From assembly GCA_965248755.1 (NCBI GenBank), contig OZ252149.1, positions 1,952,001 through 2,016,000 of the forward strand: a DNA stretch of 64,000 bases, written 5' to 3'. Positions 1 to 9,959 of the stretch are shown here, one piece after another. A program made the position numbers and the translations under genes. The notes under the pieces are model-generated. The model was not told the origin of the DNA and searched no databases. It saw only the letters and a program-made list of their open reading frames with translations. Position 1 is the first letter of the stretch, and every line of letters begins with the position of its first letter. The stretch is from Candidatus Latescibacterota bacterium (GTDB lineage Bacteria > Latescibacterota > CBDEFO01).

Positions 1-115
1 TCAGAAAGACGATTGGAGCTTTGAGATCGCCACGGATTACTGCAAGGGCTGCGGTGTATGCGTCCAGGAGTGTCCAAGGTCTGCTATGTCAATGGTAATA
101 GAAGAGGAGCTATAG
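1..115 (+). CDS. 3' end of a 4Fe-4S dicluster protein or domain (2-oxoacid:ferredoxin oxidoreductase delta-like), partial
   Basis: Frame from position 2 reads QKDDWSFEIATDYCKGCGVCVQECPRSAMSMVIEEEL*; CxxCxxCxxxCP motif directly upstream of the alpha and beta subunits. Confidence 0.85.
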   Translation, partial: QKDDWSFEIATDYCKGCGVCVQECPRSAMSMVIEEEL

Positions 116-116
116 A

Positions 117-232
117 GCAGTAGACAGGGAAAGGCAAAGGCGAGTAGACAGGAGATGGTAGATCGGACATTCCTGTCTGACGTAGACAGCATACAGGGAG
201 AGGGGGCGGTACCCGGCCTACTGTCTACTTGA
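117..232. repeat. Intergenic cluster of (A)GTAGACAG / CTACTGTCTAC repeats with a small CGGACATTCCTGTCTG hairpin
   Basis: GTAGACAG occurs three times (about 120, 144, 182) with an inverted CTACTGTCTACT at about 218; part of it resembles 57100-57140. Confidence 0.6.
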
Positions 233-249
233 ATAAGGGGAGATAGAAA

Positions 250-1410
250 TTGGATAGAAATGGAAAAGTTGAGCTGATGAACGGGGCTGAGGCGCTCGCC
301 TGCGCTTATGAACTTGCTGGCGTGAGGGTAGCGTACACATTCCCGATTACGCCTCAGACCGAGGTGTTAGAATACCTGTCCAAAAGCCAGAAGGTCAGGT
401 GCATACAGGCGGATTCTGAGTACAACGTGCTGGCTGGGGCTGAAGGAGTTCTGTGGGCGGGTGAGAGGTGCGCAGTTTCGACATCGTCTCAGGGTCTGGT
501 GCTTATGAGTGAGTTGATGTGGGAGACAGCCGGAAACAGATTACCTTTAGTTATGGGCGTGTTCAACAGGGCACTGAAGTGGCCTGCCTGGAATCTTCAG
601 GCCCAACAGAATGACTCTCTATTTATGAGGGATACGGGCTGGCTTCAGTTCTATTGCGAGTCGGCTCAGGAGATATTAGACTTCGTGCTGATAGCGTTCA
701 GAGTTTCAGAGGAGGTCCTGCTCCCTTCTATGGTGGCGGGAGATGGGTTCTATGTATCGCATGAAAAGGAGGAGGTGCACGTTCCGAGTGAGGATGAAGT
801 TAGAGAGTTTGTGGGAAAGCCGAATTTTGGCGACCTGCCGAGTTTTGAAAACCCGAGAATCTACGGTGGACTTCCGCCTTCTTCGACGTATTTCAGCCTG
901 TGCCGGAAGATGCACAGAGAGATGGAATCGGCTGCGGAGGTGTTCAGAAGTGCCGCAGATGAATTTGCGATACGCTTCGGGAGGAGATACGAACCAATTG
1001 AGACTATAAAGATAGAGGTTGCCGAGACGGTGATGGTAACAGCAGGAGCCATAAGCGGGACTGCAAGACAGGTCGTGGAGGATAACGGAGAATACTTGGG
1101 GCTGCTGAAGATTCATAACTTCCGTCCCTTTCCCAAGGATGAGATCAGAAGGGCCTTAAATGGAGCTCGTAAGGTGGCTGTGTTCGACAGGAACATAGCT
1201 ATGGGAATAGGAGGGATCTTCTCCTGGGAACTGAAGGCGGCTCTTTTCGATGTGGAAAAAAGACCTGTGATATATAATTTTGTGACGGGATTGGGGGGCA
1301 CGGATGTGACACCTGAGATGGTAAATATGGCTCTGGACTATATGGAAAGCACAGACCAACCGGAGGATGAATGTCTCTTCTTGACAGAGGAAGGCGTAAA
1401 TTTACAATAG
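250..1410 (+). CDS. porA: 2-oxoacid (pyruvate-type):ferredoxin oxidoreductase alpha subunit
   Basis: NGAEA, FPITPQT, STSSQGL and FRPFP motifs; substrate not determinable. Confidence 0.85.
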   Translation: MDRNGKVELMNGAEALACAYELAGVRVAYTFPITPQTEVLEYLSKSQKVRCIQADSEYNVLAGAEGVLWAGERCAVSTSSQGLVLMSELMWETAGNRLPLVMGVFNRALKWPAWNLQAQQNDSLFMRDTGWLQFYCESAQEILDFVLIAFRVSEEVLLPSMVAGDGFYVSHEKEEVHVPSEDEVREFVGKPNFGDLPSFENPRIYGGLPPSSTYFSLCRKMHREMESAAEVFRSAADEFAIRFGRRYEPIETIKIEVAETVMVTAGAISGTARQVVEDNGEYLGLLKIHNFRPFPKDEIRRALNGARKVAVFDRNIAMGIGGIFSWELKAALFDVEKRPVIYNFVTGLGGTDVTPEMVNMALDYMESTDQPEDECLFLTEEGVNLQ

Positions 1411-1437
1411 ATAAACTATCCCGATCGAGGTTTTAAT

Positions 1438-2340
1438 ATGGACACAAATATAGATGAAAAGAGCAGTCTGCTCAATACACTGGGTATTCCCACGTTCGCC
1501 GAGGAGAGCCTATCTGCAGGGCACAACGCCTGTCCTGGGTGTGGTTCTACGATTGCCTTGAGAATGGTCTTAGATGCAATTGGGCCTAAAACTTACTATT
1601 TCGTTCCGGCGGGATGCGCCAGCCTATATTTTGGCCCTGCCGACACAATAGCTTCATCGACGCCGATGATCCATACAGCGTTTGCGGCCTCGTTCGCTCA
1701 GGCTGAGGGCATGGCTCACGCTCTGGAACTCCAGGGAAGAACGGATGAGCGCGTTGCGGTCTGGGCTGGCGATGGGGCTACGTACGACATCGGTATGGGC
1801 GGTCTTTCAGGCGTCGCTGCGAGGAACGGAAATGTGATCGTAATCTGTGACGACAACGAGGGGTATCAAAATACTGGCGGGCACAGCAGTACGGCTACTT
1901 CTACGGGGGCCTTAACTAGATCTACACAGCCGAACTTTTCCCTTTCTCCACTGAAGAAGGATATCATAGAGGTTCTGGCGGCTCACAGGGTGCCGTATCT
2001 GGCAACTATCTGTGCTGCATACCCAGAGGATCTTAAAAGGAAGATCGAAAAAGCAAAGAGCATTTACGGCTTCAAGTTTCTTCTGCTTTTAACGTCGTGT
2101 GTCGCCTGGGGACACGAAAGTCAGGTCGCAGTGAAGCTGGTCAGGATGTCTGTGGAGACAGGCTTTTTCCCTCTGTATGAGATCGAGAACGGCAACAAAT
2201 ATAATATAACGCATGAGCCTCAGTTCCTTCCTTTAGAAGACTTTACGAAACTTCAAAGGAGGTTCTACGGAATAGATCTGGACCCTCTGAAGGAACAGGT
2301 AAAGCAAAAGTGGGATTATCTGAAGGCCAGAGTGGCCTAA
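1438..2340 (+). CDS. porB: 2-oxoacid:ferredoxin oxidoreductase beta subunit (TPP-binding)
   Basis: GHNACPGCG and GDGATYDIG...DNEGYQNTG TPP motif. Confidence 0.85.
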   Translation: MDTNIDEKSSLLNTLGIPTFAEESLSAGHNACPGCGSTIALRMVLDAIGPKTYYFVPAGCASLYFGPADTIASSTPMIHTAFAASFAQAEGMAHALELQGRTDERVAVWAGDGATYDIGMGGLSGVAARNGNVIVICDDNEGYQNTGGHSSTATSTGALTRSTQPNFSLSPLKKDIIEVLAAHRVPYLATICAAYPEDLKRKIEKAKSIYGFKFLLLLTSCVAWGHESQVAVKLVRMSVETGFFPLYEIENGNKYNITHEPQFLPLEDFTKLQRRFYGIDLDPLKEQVKQKWDYLKARVA

Positions 2341-2455
2341 AGTAGTGGTCGTAGTGGTTCTTAGGATTACTGCTTGGACGACGAAAGCAATTGGACTAAC
2401 TAATGTGCCCAAGGTACCCTTAGTCTTGTACTTCCCCTCTGAATAAGGAGCTAAA

Positions 2456-2608
2456 ATGGGCGACGATCTTGTTCATCTCTTTGCGGCTTACTCGGTAATA
2501 TGGGTAGCTCTTGCGTCTTATATATTTACTCTTTCGAGGCGACAGAAGAAGATATGGAGAGAGATTGAGACTCTCAAGGAGTCTCTCAATAGGAATAACT
2601 CGGAGTAG
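2456..2608 (+). CDS. Small single-TM CcmD-family-like protein (50 aa), not in the ORF track
   Basis: AAGGAG RBS then ATG; MGDDLVHLFAAYSVIWVALASYIFTLSRRQKKIWREIETLKESLNRNNSE*; AYxxxW TM helix followed by a basic coiled tail. Confidence 0.7.
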   Translation: MGDDLVHLFAAYSVIWVALASYIFTLSRRQKKIWREIETLKESLNRNNSE

Positions 2609-2614
2609 CCCACG

Positions 2615-3754
2615 TTGCAGAATGATGAGGAATTCGACGCTGTATTGATAATTGCTGACAGCGAGCGGGACTCTGATCTTTACTACGCTACGGGATTTCT
2701 GGCTCCCGATCCTTTCATATTTATTCAAAGGAAAGAGCAGAAAATCCTGATTATGAGCGATCTGGAGATAGATAGGGCAAAGTCCGAGTCCAGAGCTGAT
2801 CTGATATTGTCTTACTCCAAATATGAGAATATGCTTAAAAGGGCGGGCAAAGAGTCGCCCTTTTTTATTGATGTGCTGGATTCGGTTCTACAGGAGATGG
2901 AGGTAGAGTCGTTGCTCGTTCCAGGGAACTTCGGGATCGAATACGCAGATGGACTCAGAGAGATGGGCTATCAGATAGCTTTCCGGAAGCCTCCCTTCTT
3001 CTCTGAGAGGGAGGTAAAGTCGGAGGAAGAAATAGGGTACATAAAGGAGACGCTTAAGTCCGCCCAGAACGCTTTAGATGCAGCCATACGTACGATAGGG
3101 GATTCAAAGATCGGAGTTGACGATACTCTGTATCGTAATGGGGAGCCGCTGACTTCGGAAGCTGTAAGGAAGATAATCAACGTGAAATTGATGGAGGAGA
3201 ATTGCATAGCGTCGGGTACGATAGTGGCGTCCGAAGATCAGTGTTGCGATCCTCACAATCGGGGATCGGGATGCTTAAAGGCACATCAGACGATAATCAT
3301 GGATATCTTTCCCAAGTCCGTTCGTACGGGCTACTACGCGGATATCACAAGGACGGTTGTAAAAGGAGAAGCTTCTTCTGAGGTAAAGGGGATGTACGGC
3401 GCGGTGGCCAAGGCTCAGGAGATAGTGCTAAAGGAGACAAAGGAGGGAGCGGACGGTTCGAAGATACACTCTCTTGTGCTGAGATCCTTCGAGGAGGCAG
3501 GGTACAAGAGTGGCGAGATTGACGGCAGGATGCAGGGATTCTTTCACGGGACAGGGCACGGCGTGGGGTTGGACATCCATGAGCCGCCCAGGATGAGCAA
3601 GACAGGTCAAGTACTCAAATCGGGGCACGTTGTGACTAATGAGCCGGGGCTTTACTATATCGGGATCGGGGGCATAAGGATAGAGGATTTAATGGTGGTA
3701 AGGAAAGATGTGTGTGAGAATCTGACGAGCTATCCGAAGGAACTTGAGATCTAA
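2615..3754 (+). CDS. Xaa-Pro aminopeptidase, M24 family
   Basis: YADITRT, HGTGHGVGLDIHE, EPGLY and GIRIED motifs. Confidence 0.92.
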   Translation: MQNDEEFDAVLIIADSERDSDLYYATGFLAPDPFIFIQRKEQKILIMSDLEIDRAKSESRADLILSYSKYENMLKRAGKESPFFIDVLDSVLQEMEVESLLVPGNFGIEYADGLREMGYQIAFRKPPFFSEREVKSEEEIGYIKETLKSAQNALDAAIRTIGDSKIGVDDTLYRNGEPLTSEAVRKIINVKLMEENCIASGTIVASEDQCCDPHNRGSGCLKAHQTIIMDIFPKSVRTGYYADITRTVVKGEASSEVKGMYGAVAKAQEIVLKETKEGADGSKIHSLVLRSFEEAGYKSGEIDGRMQGFFHGTGHGVGLDIHEPPRMSKTGQVLKSGHVVTNEPGLYYIGIGGIRIEDLMVVRKDVCENLTSYPKELEI

Positions 3755-3761
3755 TCTCTAT

Positions 3762-4511
3762 ATGAAGGCAATAATCATAGGAGCAGGAAGGGGCACAAGA
3801 CTTATGCCTCTTACCGAGGGACTCCCCAAATGTATGGCTTGTGTGGGGCATAAGCCTATACTCGATTGGGGGATCGAAGCTTTTCGGGCTTCGAAAGTAG
3901 AGGAGATTGTATTTATAGGAGGTTATCGGCTAGAAAAGATTCGAAAAGCTTATCCAGGGCTTAAATTTTATCATAACAGGGACTGGGAGAACAACAATAT
4001 TTTATCGTCTCTGTTCTGCGCTGAGCCGGAGATGGATAGTCCCTTTATCTGTGCCTATTCAGACATACTGTATCAAAAGTCCATAGTGAAAAAGCTTATG
4101 GAGAGCACAGCGGCCATCACGTTAGCTGTGGACGTGGATTGGCGCAAGCGGTACAAGAGACGCACAGAGCACCCTGAATCTGAGGCTGAGAAGGTCCTTG
4201 TAGAAGAGGACAGGGTAGTTGAGATAGGCAGGCACGTGGACTCGGATATGGCCTACGCGGAATATATCGGTGCAGCCAAGTTCAGCAATGATGGGGCTGA
4301 CATCCTAAGGAGACACTACAGGCGGGTTTTGAGGGAATATGATGGGAGACCGTTTCAGTTCGCGCCTTCGGTCCAAAAGGCATATTTGATAGATATGTTT
4401 CGGGAGTTGATCACCAACAATGTCCAGGTACATAAAATAGACACGGTGGGCGGATATATGGAGGTGGATACGACACAGGATTACAAGATAGCACTAAAGG
4501 AGTGGAGATAA
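3762..4511 (+). CDS. Nucleotidyltransferase, phosphocholine cytidylyltransferase (LicC)-like
   Basis: MKAIIIGAGRGTRL...PKC, NNILSSL, EYIG and EVDTTQD motifs; ATG start at 3762. Confidence 0.85.
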   Translation: MKAIIIGAGRGTRLMPLTEGLPKCMACVGHKPILDWGIEAFRASKVEEIVFIGGYRLEKIRKAYPGLKFYHNRDWENNNILSSLFCAEPEMDSPFICAYSDILYQKSIVKKLMESTAAITLAVDVDWRKRYKRRTEHPESEAEKVLVEEDRVVEIGRHVDSDMAYAEYIGAAKFSNDGADILRRHYRRVLREYDGRPFQFAPSVQKAYLIDMFRELITNNVQVHKIDTVGGYMEVDTTQDYKIALKEWR

Positions 4512-4538
4512 AAAGTAACTGGTGGACAAAGGCCGACT

Positions 4539-5603
4539 ATGAATGTTGATGATATTCTTTTCCCCACGACAGTCGTCGGAAGCATGCCGAGGTCTCAGTT
4601 CGTCAAAGACCTCCTCGATTCTGAGCAGAATAAGACTCCTTCGCAGGATGGGTTCAAAAGGCAGATGGACGCCTCGGTGGAGTATATAATCGCTATGCAG
4701 GAATCGGCGGGAATCGACATCATCTCTGACGGTGAGTGGAGGAGGACGTCTTACATTGGGATAATAGCTGAGGTTATGGACGGTTTTGAAAGGGAGATAA
4801 AAGACGGCGTTTACTGGCATACGGTCGTAGATAAGATGACTCCGAAGCGTCCGGGGGTGATCGCGGAGGAGGTCAGATTTCTAAGGGAGCATACCGACCG
4901 CGGGACCAAGGTGTGCCTGCCTTCACCCTATCTTTTAGGACAGAGGATGTGGGATCCCCAGAGATCGAGAGACGCTTACCCCAAAAGGGAGGATTTTACC
5001 GAGGCACTGATTCCTGTTTTGAGGAACGAGCTTATCGCCGTAAGGGACGCAGGAGCTACGGTGGCTCAGTTTGACGATCCTCATCTCTGTCTCTTTGTGG
5101 ATGAAGATGTACGAGAGAAATTTGACGATCCGAAAGGGGAGATGGCGTACTGCGTAGATATGTTGAACAGGATCGTGGACGGAGTCGAGGGGACAAAGAT
5201 TTCGGTTCACCTTTGCAGGAGAAACAAGGGACGCAGTGGCTGGGTTGGTGAGGGAGGATATGAGCCGATTCTGCCGTATTTGAAGAGGCTGAAAGTGGAT
5301 CAACTCCTTATGGAGTTCACAATCCCTGTGGCAGGCGATTTGAAGGTGCTTTCGGAATTGCCCGATGATGTGGAAGTAGGGCTCGGGTGTGTGGATTGTC
5401 GGGGAGAGCACATAGATACGCCTGAGGAAATAGTGAGCCGTGTGGAGAACGCTCTTGAGTATATAAAACCCGAGCGGATAACTTTAAATCCCGACTGCGG
5501 ATTTGCCCCCGGCAGTGCCGCTGATATCCCTATTGATGAGGCTTATCAGAAACTGAAGAATGAGGCTAAAGCCGCAGAGATTTTGAGGGGCAAATACGCC
5601 TAA
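4539..5603 (+). CDS. Cobalamin-independent methionine synthase II family (catalytic domain only)
   Basis: VVGSMPR, SDGEWRR, HLC, E and NPDCGF zinc-ligand motifs. Confidence 0.88.
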   Translation: MNVDDILFPTTVVGSMPRSQFVKDLLDSEQNKTPSQDGFKRQMDASVEYIIAMQESAGIDIISDGEWRRTSYIGIIAEVMDGFEREIKDGVYWHTVVDKMTPKRPGVIAEEVRFLREHTDRGTKVCLPSPYLLGQRMWDPQRSRDAYPKREDFTEALIPVLRNELIAVRDAGATVAQFDDPHLCLFVDEDVREKFDDPKGEMAYCVDMLNRIVDGVEGTKISVHLCRRNKGRSGWVGEGGYEPILPYLKRLKVDQLLMEFTIPVAGDLKVLSELPDDVEVGLGCVDCRGEHIDTPEEIVSRVENALEYIKPERITLNPDCGFAPGSAADIPIDEAYQKLKNEAKAAEILRGKYA

Positions 5604-5677
5604 CACAGTTACTCTTCCCACCTGAACGAACCGTAGGAAATCCCAACATACCGATATCCGGCGGAAGATAGGATAAA

Positions 5678-7449
5678 ATGGAGAAAAGCTATTTCAAACT
5701 TTATATAAGGCTCGTAAAGGAATTTCTACTTCCATATTGGAAGGCTATAGTCACCGCGCTTGTGTGTATGATCTGTATATCGGGGCTGAACGTGATTCCG
5801 GCTCTATCGGTAAAGTTTCTGATCGACGATATTATTCCCGATAAGGATTTGACTTTGCTCGGTCTCCTTGCCGGGGGTCTTGTTGTAGCCTATACTTTGA
5901 GGGCCATCACCGAGTTCGGTCAGGATTATCTAGCTCACAGGGTCGCCGAACAGGTGATGTTCGATCTGAGGGTGCAGGTATACGGACACGTTCAAAAGCT
6001 TTCGTCCAATTTCTTCAGGAACAGGCGCACAGGTGAGATCATGTCGAGGATAATCAACGACATCGATTCTCTAAGGGATATGTTAGCTCACAGCGGTGAT
6101 GCCATTGTAACTCAGAGTTTGAATGTTTTAGTCGTGGCTGCGGTTCTTTCAAACTCCAATGGAAACTTGCGCTCTTTACGTTGATTCCAATTCCTCTCAC
6201 TATCATTTTGGTCCTCTACTTTAATAAGGCTGTGCGTCAGGTGTACCAAAATGTGCGGGAAAAACTTGCGGACGTAAACGCACGGCTTCTGGATAACTTA
6301 TCGGGGATAGAGGTTATAAAGTCGTTTGTAATGGAGAGGCGGGAATTGAACAGATTTGCAGCGGAGAGCAAAGACTATTTCAATGAAAATATGGTAGCTA
6401 TAAAGCTATGGGCATATATATTTCCGACTATGATATTTGTCGTGGGTATTGGATCAGTGATAGTGATTTGGTACGGCGGAGGTCAGGTTATAAGTGGGGA
6501 GCTTACTGTGGGTGGCCTTGTAGCGTTTTCCGCTTTGGCTTGGAGGCTGTACTGGCCCCTTATGGACCTAGGTAGAGAGAACGAGAAGATTCAAAAGGCG
6601 ATGGCGGCTGTGAAGAGGATATTTGAGCTTTTAGATACCGAGCCTGAGATAAAGGACTCGCCTTCAGCGGTGGAGCTTACCCACCCCCGATTGAATCTAT
6701 CGGGGGTTAAAGGGGAGATTGAGTTCCAGGGAGTCTCGTTTGCTTACGACAGGGATTACGTTCTCAAAAATATAGATCTGAAGATCGAGCCTGGGGAAAT
6801 CATCGCACTTGTGGGTCCAAGCGGTGTGGGCAAGACTACTCTGGCGGGATTGATCCCGAGGTTCTACGATCCCGATGAGGGCACGGTTTCGATATACGGT
6901 ATAGACATTAAAGGGATAAAGCTTGAGTCCTTGAGGAGCAATATCGGGATTGTGCATCAGGAGACGTTTCTTTTCAATGGGACGATAGCAGAAAACGTAG
7001 GCTACGGGAAGATAGGAGCTACATTAGACGAGGTAGTTGAGGCTGCAAAGGCGGCGAATATATACGATTTTATATCCGAACTCCCCGATGGGTTTGACAC
7101 TGTGGTGGGAGAAAGAGGAGTCAAACTTTCCGGGGGACAGAAGCAGAGGATAGCTATCGCAAGGGCTATTTTGAAGGATCCGCCCATACTGATTTTAGAT
7201 GAGGCGACTTCATCTGTGGATACGGAGTCGGAACAGCTTATACAGCAGAGCTTGTCTTTCCTTTTGAAGGACAGGATGACCCTCATAATCGCTCACAGGT
7301 TAGCCACGATCAAGTCAGCCCACAGGATAGTGGTCTTAAAGGATGGAGAGATAGAGGAGATAGGGTCTCACTTCGAACTGATAGATAATGGCGGCGCATA
7401 CAGCCGCCTCCACGATGCGCAGTTCGGCAGCCGAGAAGCGGTGGAGTAG
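5678..7449 (+). CDS. MsbA-like ABC exporter (TMD plus NBD), split by one frameshift at about 6147
   Basis: Adding one T to the T run at 6147-6149 joins both ORFs (LFKLQWKLALFTLIPIP); GPSGVGKT, LSGGQKQ and LDEATS motifs. Confidence 0.85.
6683..6707. repeat. CCCGAT-N7-ATCGGG palindrome copy 1, inside the ABC transporter CDS
   Basis: ACCCCCGAT TGAATCT ATCGGGGGT. Confidence 0.9.
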
Positions 7450-7498
7450 TGAATATGCATAGTGGCACTTGTCAGACATAGACGCTATCTAAAAAATT

Positions 7499-7530
7499 GG
7501 CCCCTCCGATGGTGGAAGGGGCCTTCTTCT
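7499..7530. terminator. Probable bidirectional intrinsic terminator
   Basis: GGCCCCT...AGGGGCC stem between convergent genes, with an A tract before and a T-rich tract after. Confidence 0.6.
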
Positions 7531-7589
7531 ATCTACTTCTTACTTGTCAGCTACGCTTCTGGTCTTCTATCTTCTCTGCTCTTCTTTTC

Positions 7590-7874
7590 TTAGACTGGCA
7601 CGTCTTCAATCTTATCCAGGAAGTATATGTCAGGCTGGTCAGCAACACCGGCCCTCTGCATCGCCTCCCGCAAATCCTCAGATTGGACAAACTGACGAGC
7701 CTTCTCCAGATCATCCCACTCAAAGAGGATAACGAGCTCATTGGGGTCATCGGCACTGCGGAAGAGATGCCCCCCTTTCGAACCGCCGGCCTTGCGTGTT
7801 GCCCCGTGCTCATCGAATATAGGCTTCCACTTGGCGTAATCTTCGACTTTATGGCGGACAAGTACGTACGGCAT
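7590..7874 (-). CDS. Small dimeric alpha-beta barrel (cyclase/ABM-like) protein
   Basis: HKVEDYAKWK...DDPNE...EAMQRAGV pattern; GGAGGTGA RBS. Confidence 0.75.
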   Translation of the reverse strand: MPYVLVRHKVEDYAKWKPIFDEHGATRKAGGSKGGHLFRSADDPNELVILFEWDDLEKARQFVQSEDLREAMQRAGVADQPDIYFLDKIEDVPV

Positions 7875-8035
7875 AATATATCACCTCCATTCTTGTAGGT
7901 ATTCTGATAACTACAGTAAAATTTCTTCAGGATATACGATATCTCAGCAATTGTCAAGGGAAAACTCACCCCGCTAGACAAAAAAAAGCTAAAACCGTGA
8001 CAGCTCCGTAACTTAGAATAAAACGGTCTTTCACG

Positions 8036-8725
8036 TCACAGATCAACCCTTCCTTTTACAGCTCTGAAGAGTCCTTGTCGCACCCATTTCGTGGTTTGCT
8101 GCCGACGCCCTGTCCACCCCACCCACGCTTGATCTTCTACGTTTATGCCCGCGCTTTGAAACTCACAGACTAAGTCATTAACTATGTAGCTGCGAAAGCC
8201 CGGAGATTCCAGAAATTCAAACGAAATAACACCCAGAGTTATCCATCTTTTGAGTCCTCCCTCAGGGATCCAGTAATCGCCTACGACCACTCTCTTTTTT
8301 GCTATGCGGGCCATCTCTTTCAGCACTGTCATCCTCTCATTATCCCACATCTCGTGCAGCGACATTGACATTACAACGTGATCGAAGCTCTTATCTCTAA
8401 ACCCTAACTCCCTTGCGTCCATCTGATAAAACTGAGGTATCTTTACGTTTGAATCTTGTATATGCGACGCCTTCGATCTTGCCACATTTAGCATAGCCTC
8501 GGACATATCGACTCCAACGACCTTGGCCCCTTCAAGTGCAGAAAGATATGCCACACCACCTGTCCCTGTACATACATCCAGAAGCTTATCCCCCGGCTCG
8601 ACTCCAGCCAATCGGACGATTTCCCTCCACAAGGGCTGTAAAACACGTCCTATCCTGTCATAGTGCTTTGCCACCCTGTTGAAGAGGCGATACGGCTCTG
8701 TGCGCTTATGTACAGTTGGATCCAT
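8036..8725 (-). CDS. Class I SAM-dependent methyltransferase (UbiE-like)
   Basis: LLDVCTGTG motif I, GVDMSEAML, MDA, SLHEM. Confidence 0.85.
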   Translation of the reverse strand: MDPTVHKRTEPYRLFNRVAKHYDRIGRVLQPLWREIVRLAGVEPGDKLLDVCTGTGGVAYLSALEGAKVVGVDMSEAMLNVARSKASHIQDSNVKIPQFYQMDARELGFRDKSFDHVVMSMSLHEMWDNERMTVLKEMARIAKKRVVVGDYWIPEGGLKRWITLGVISFEFLESPGFRSYIVNDLVCEFQSAGINVEDQAWVGWTGRRQQTTKWVRQGLFRAVKGRVDL

Positions 8726-8735
8726 TTATTCTGAG

Positions 8736-9914
8736 CTATTGACTTTTTCCTTTCAATATCGAATCTGAGATCCTCTCTAACCCATCCAAGAGTATTTCTA
8801 TATCCTCATCAGAATGGGTAGCCATAAGGCTGAGCCTGAGACGGCTCGTCCCCTCTTTGACAGTTGGAGGACGTACCCCCCAAAGGAATATTCCCATTTC
8901 CAGGAGATTTAACCCCGCCTCCATAGCCCGCTCAGCGTCACCTACAAAGATGGGAATAATCTGAGACTCTGATCCCATAGTATCCAGACCCATCTCTTGC
9001 AGGTTTTGTTTGACTGTGCTTACGTTCTTCCACAACTTAGCTCTCAGGTGAGGCTCCCTTTCGACCAGATCAAGCGCAACTATCGTTGAGGCGCACATCT
9101 CAGGCGGCAGTGCTGTGGTATATATGTAGCTCTTGGATCTGTTCCGCAAAAAATCGACTAATTCCCCACTCCCTGCTATGAAGCCCCCAAACGTCCCTAA
9201 AGCCTTGCTTAAAGAACCCATATATACAGGGATTTTGTTTTCTACTTTCAGGCTCTCTGTAACTCCTTTTCCCTTTCCCCCAAAGACGCCCAAGCCGTGT
9301 GCTTCGTCCACCATAAGGGATGCTCCGTACCTTTCGCAAAGGTCGGCAATCTCTCTCAAAGGCGCAATGTCTCCGTCCATAGAAAAGACGCTGTCCGTTA
9401 CCACAAGCCGTCTTCTGAATTTCTGTGCTCTTGTCAGAATCTTCTCTAAACCACCTAGATCCTGATGCTTATACACTAACACTTTAGCTTTGGACGTCCA
9501 GCATGCCTCGATTATGCTGGCGTGGTTCTGCCTGTCTATAATAACAGCGTCGCCTTCTTGTACGAGCGATGTAATGGCACCTAAATTTGCTGTGTATCCC
9601 GATGGGAAGAGAATGGAATCCTCAAGTCCCAAGAACTCTGCTAATCTTTCTTCTAAATGGCGATGTATCTTCGTAGTTCCTGAAATGAGCCTCGACGACG
9701 CCGTGCTGCACCCGTATTCCTCCAGAGTCTCTATTGCAGCCTCCTTCAGCTCAGGACGGTCGGCAAGACCCAGATAGTTATTCGAGCAGAAGACTATTAC
9801 CTCTTTACCGTCTATTTCCACCCTATTTTTCTGTGGCCCCGAGATCACAAGTTCCCGCCGATATAGTCCCTTGTCCTTAATCTTTCTAAGTTCGTCCTTT
9901 AGAAAATCGAGCAT
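8736..9914 (-). CDS. bioF: 8-amino-7-oxononanoate synthase
   Basis: SNNYLGL, SVFSMDGD, VDEAHG, SLSKALG (PLP lysine), RPPTV and RLRLS motifs. Confidence 0.9.
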   Translation of the reverse strand: MLDFLKDELRKIKDKGLYRRELVISGPQKNRVEIDGKEVIVFCSNNYLGLADRPELKEAAIETLEEYGCSTASSRLISGTTKIHRHLEERLAEFLGLEDSILFPSGYTANLGAITSLVQEGDAVIIDRQNHASIIEACWTSKAKVLVYKHQDLGGLEKILTRAQKFRRRLVVTDSVFSMDGDIAPLREIADLCERYGASLMVDEAHGLGVFGGKGKGVTESLKVENKIPVYMGSLSKALGTFGGFIAGSGELVDFLRNRSKSYIYTTALPPEMCASTIVALDLVEREPHLRAKLWKNVSTVKQNLQEMGLDTMGSESQIIPIFVGDAERAMEAGLNLLEMGIFLWGVRPPTVKEGTSRLRLSLMATHSDEDIEILLDGLERISDSILKGKSQ

Positions 9915-9959
9915 CCTCTGCTAATTCCTGTAAGTAGCAAAAAGAGATTGCTTCGCTGT

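Noticed and set aside
7497..7981. Overlapping 133-aa and 144-aa ORFs
   Set aside because: Shadows of the 94-aa gene at 7590-7874, which has the RBS and the family motif.
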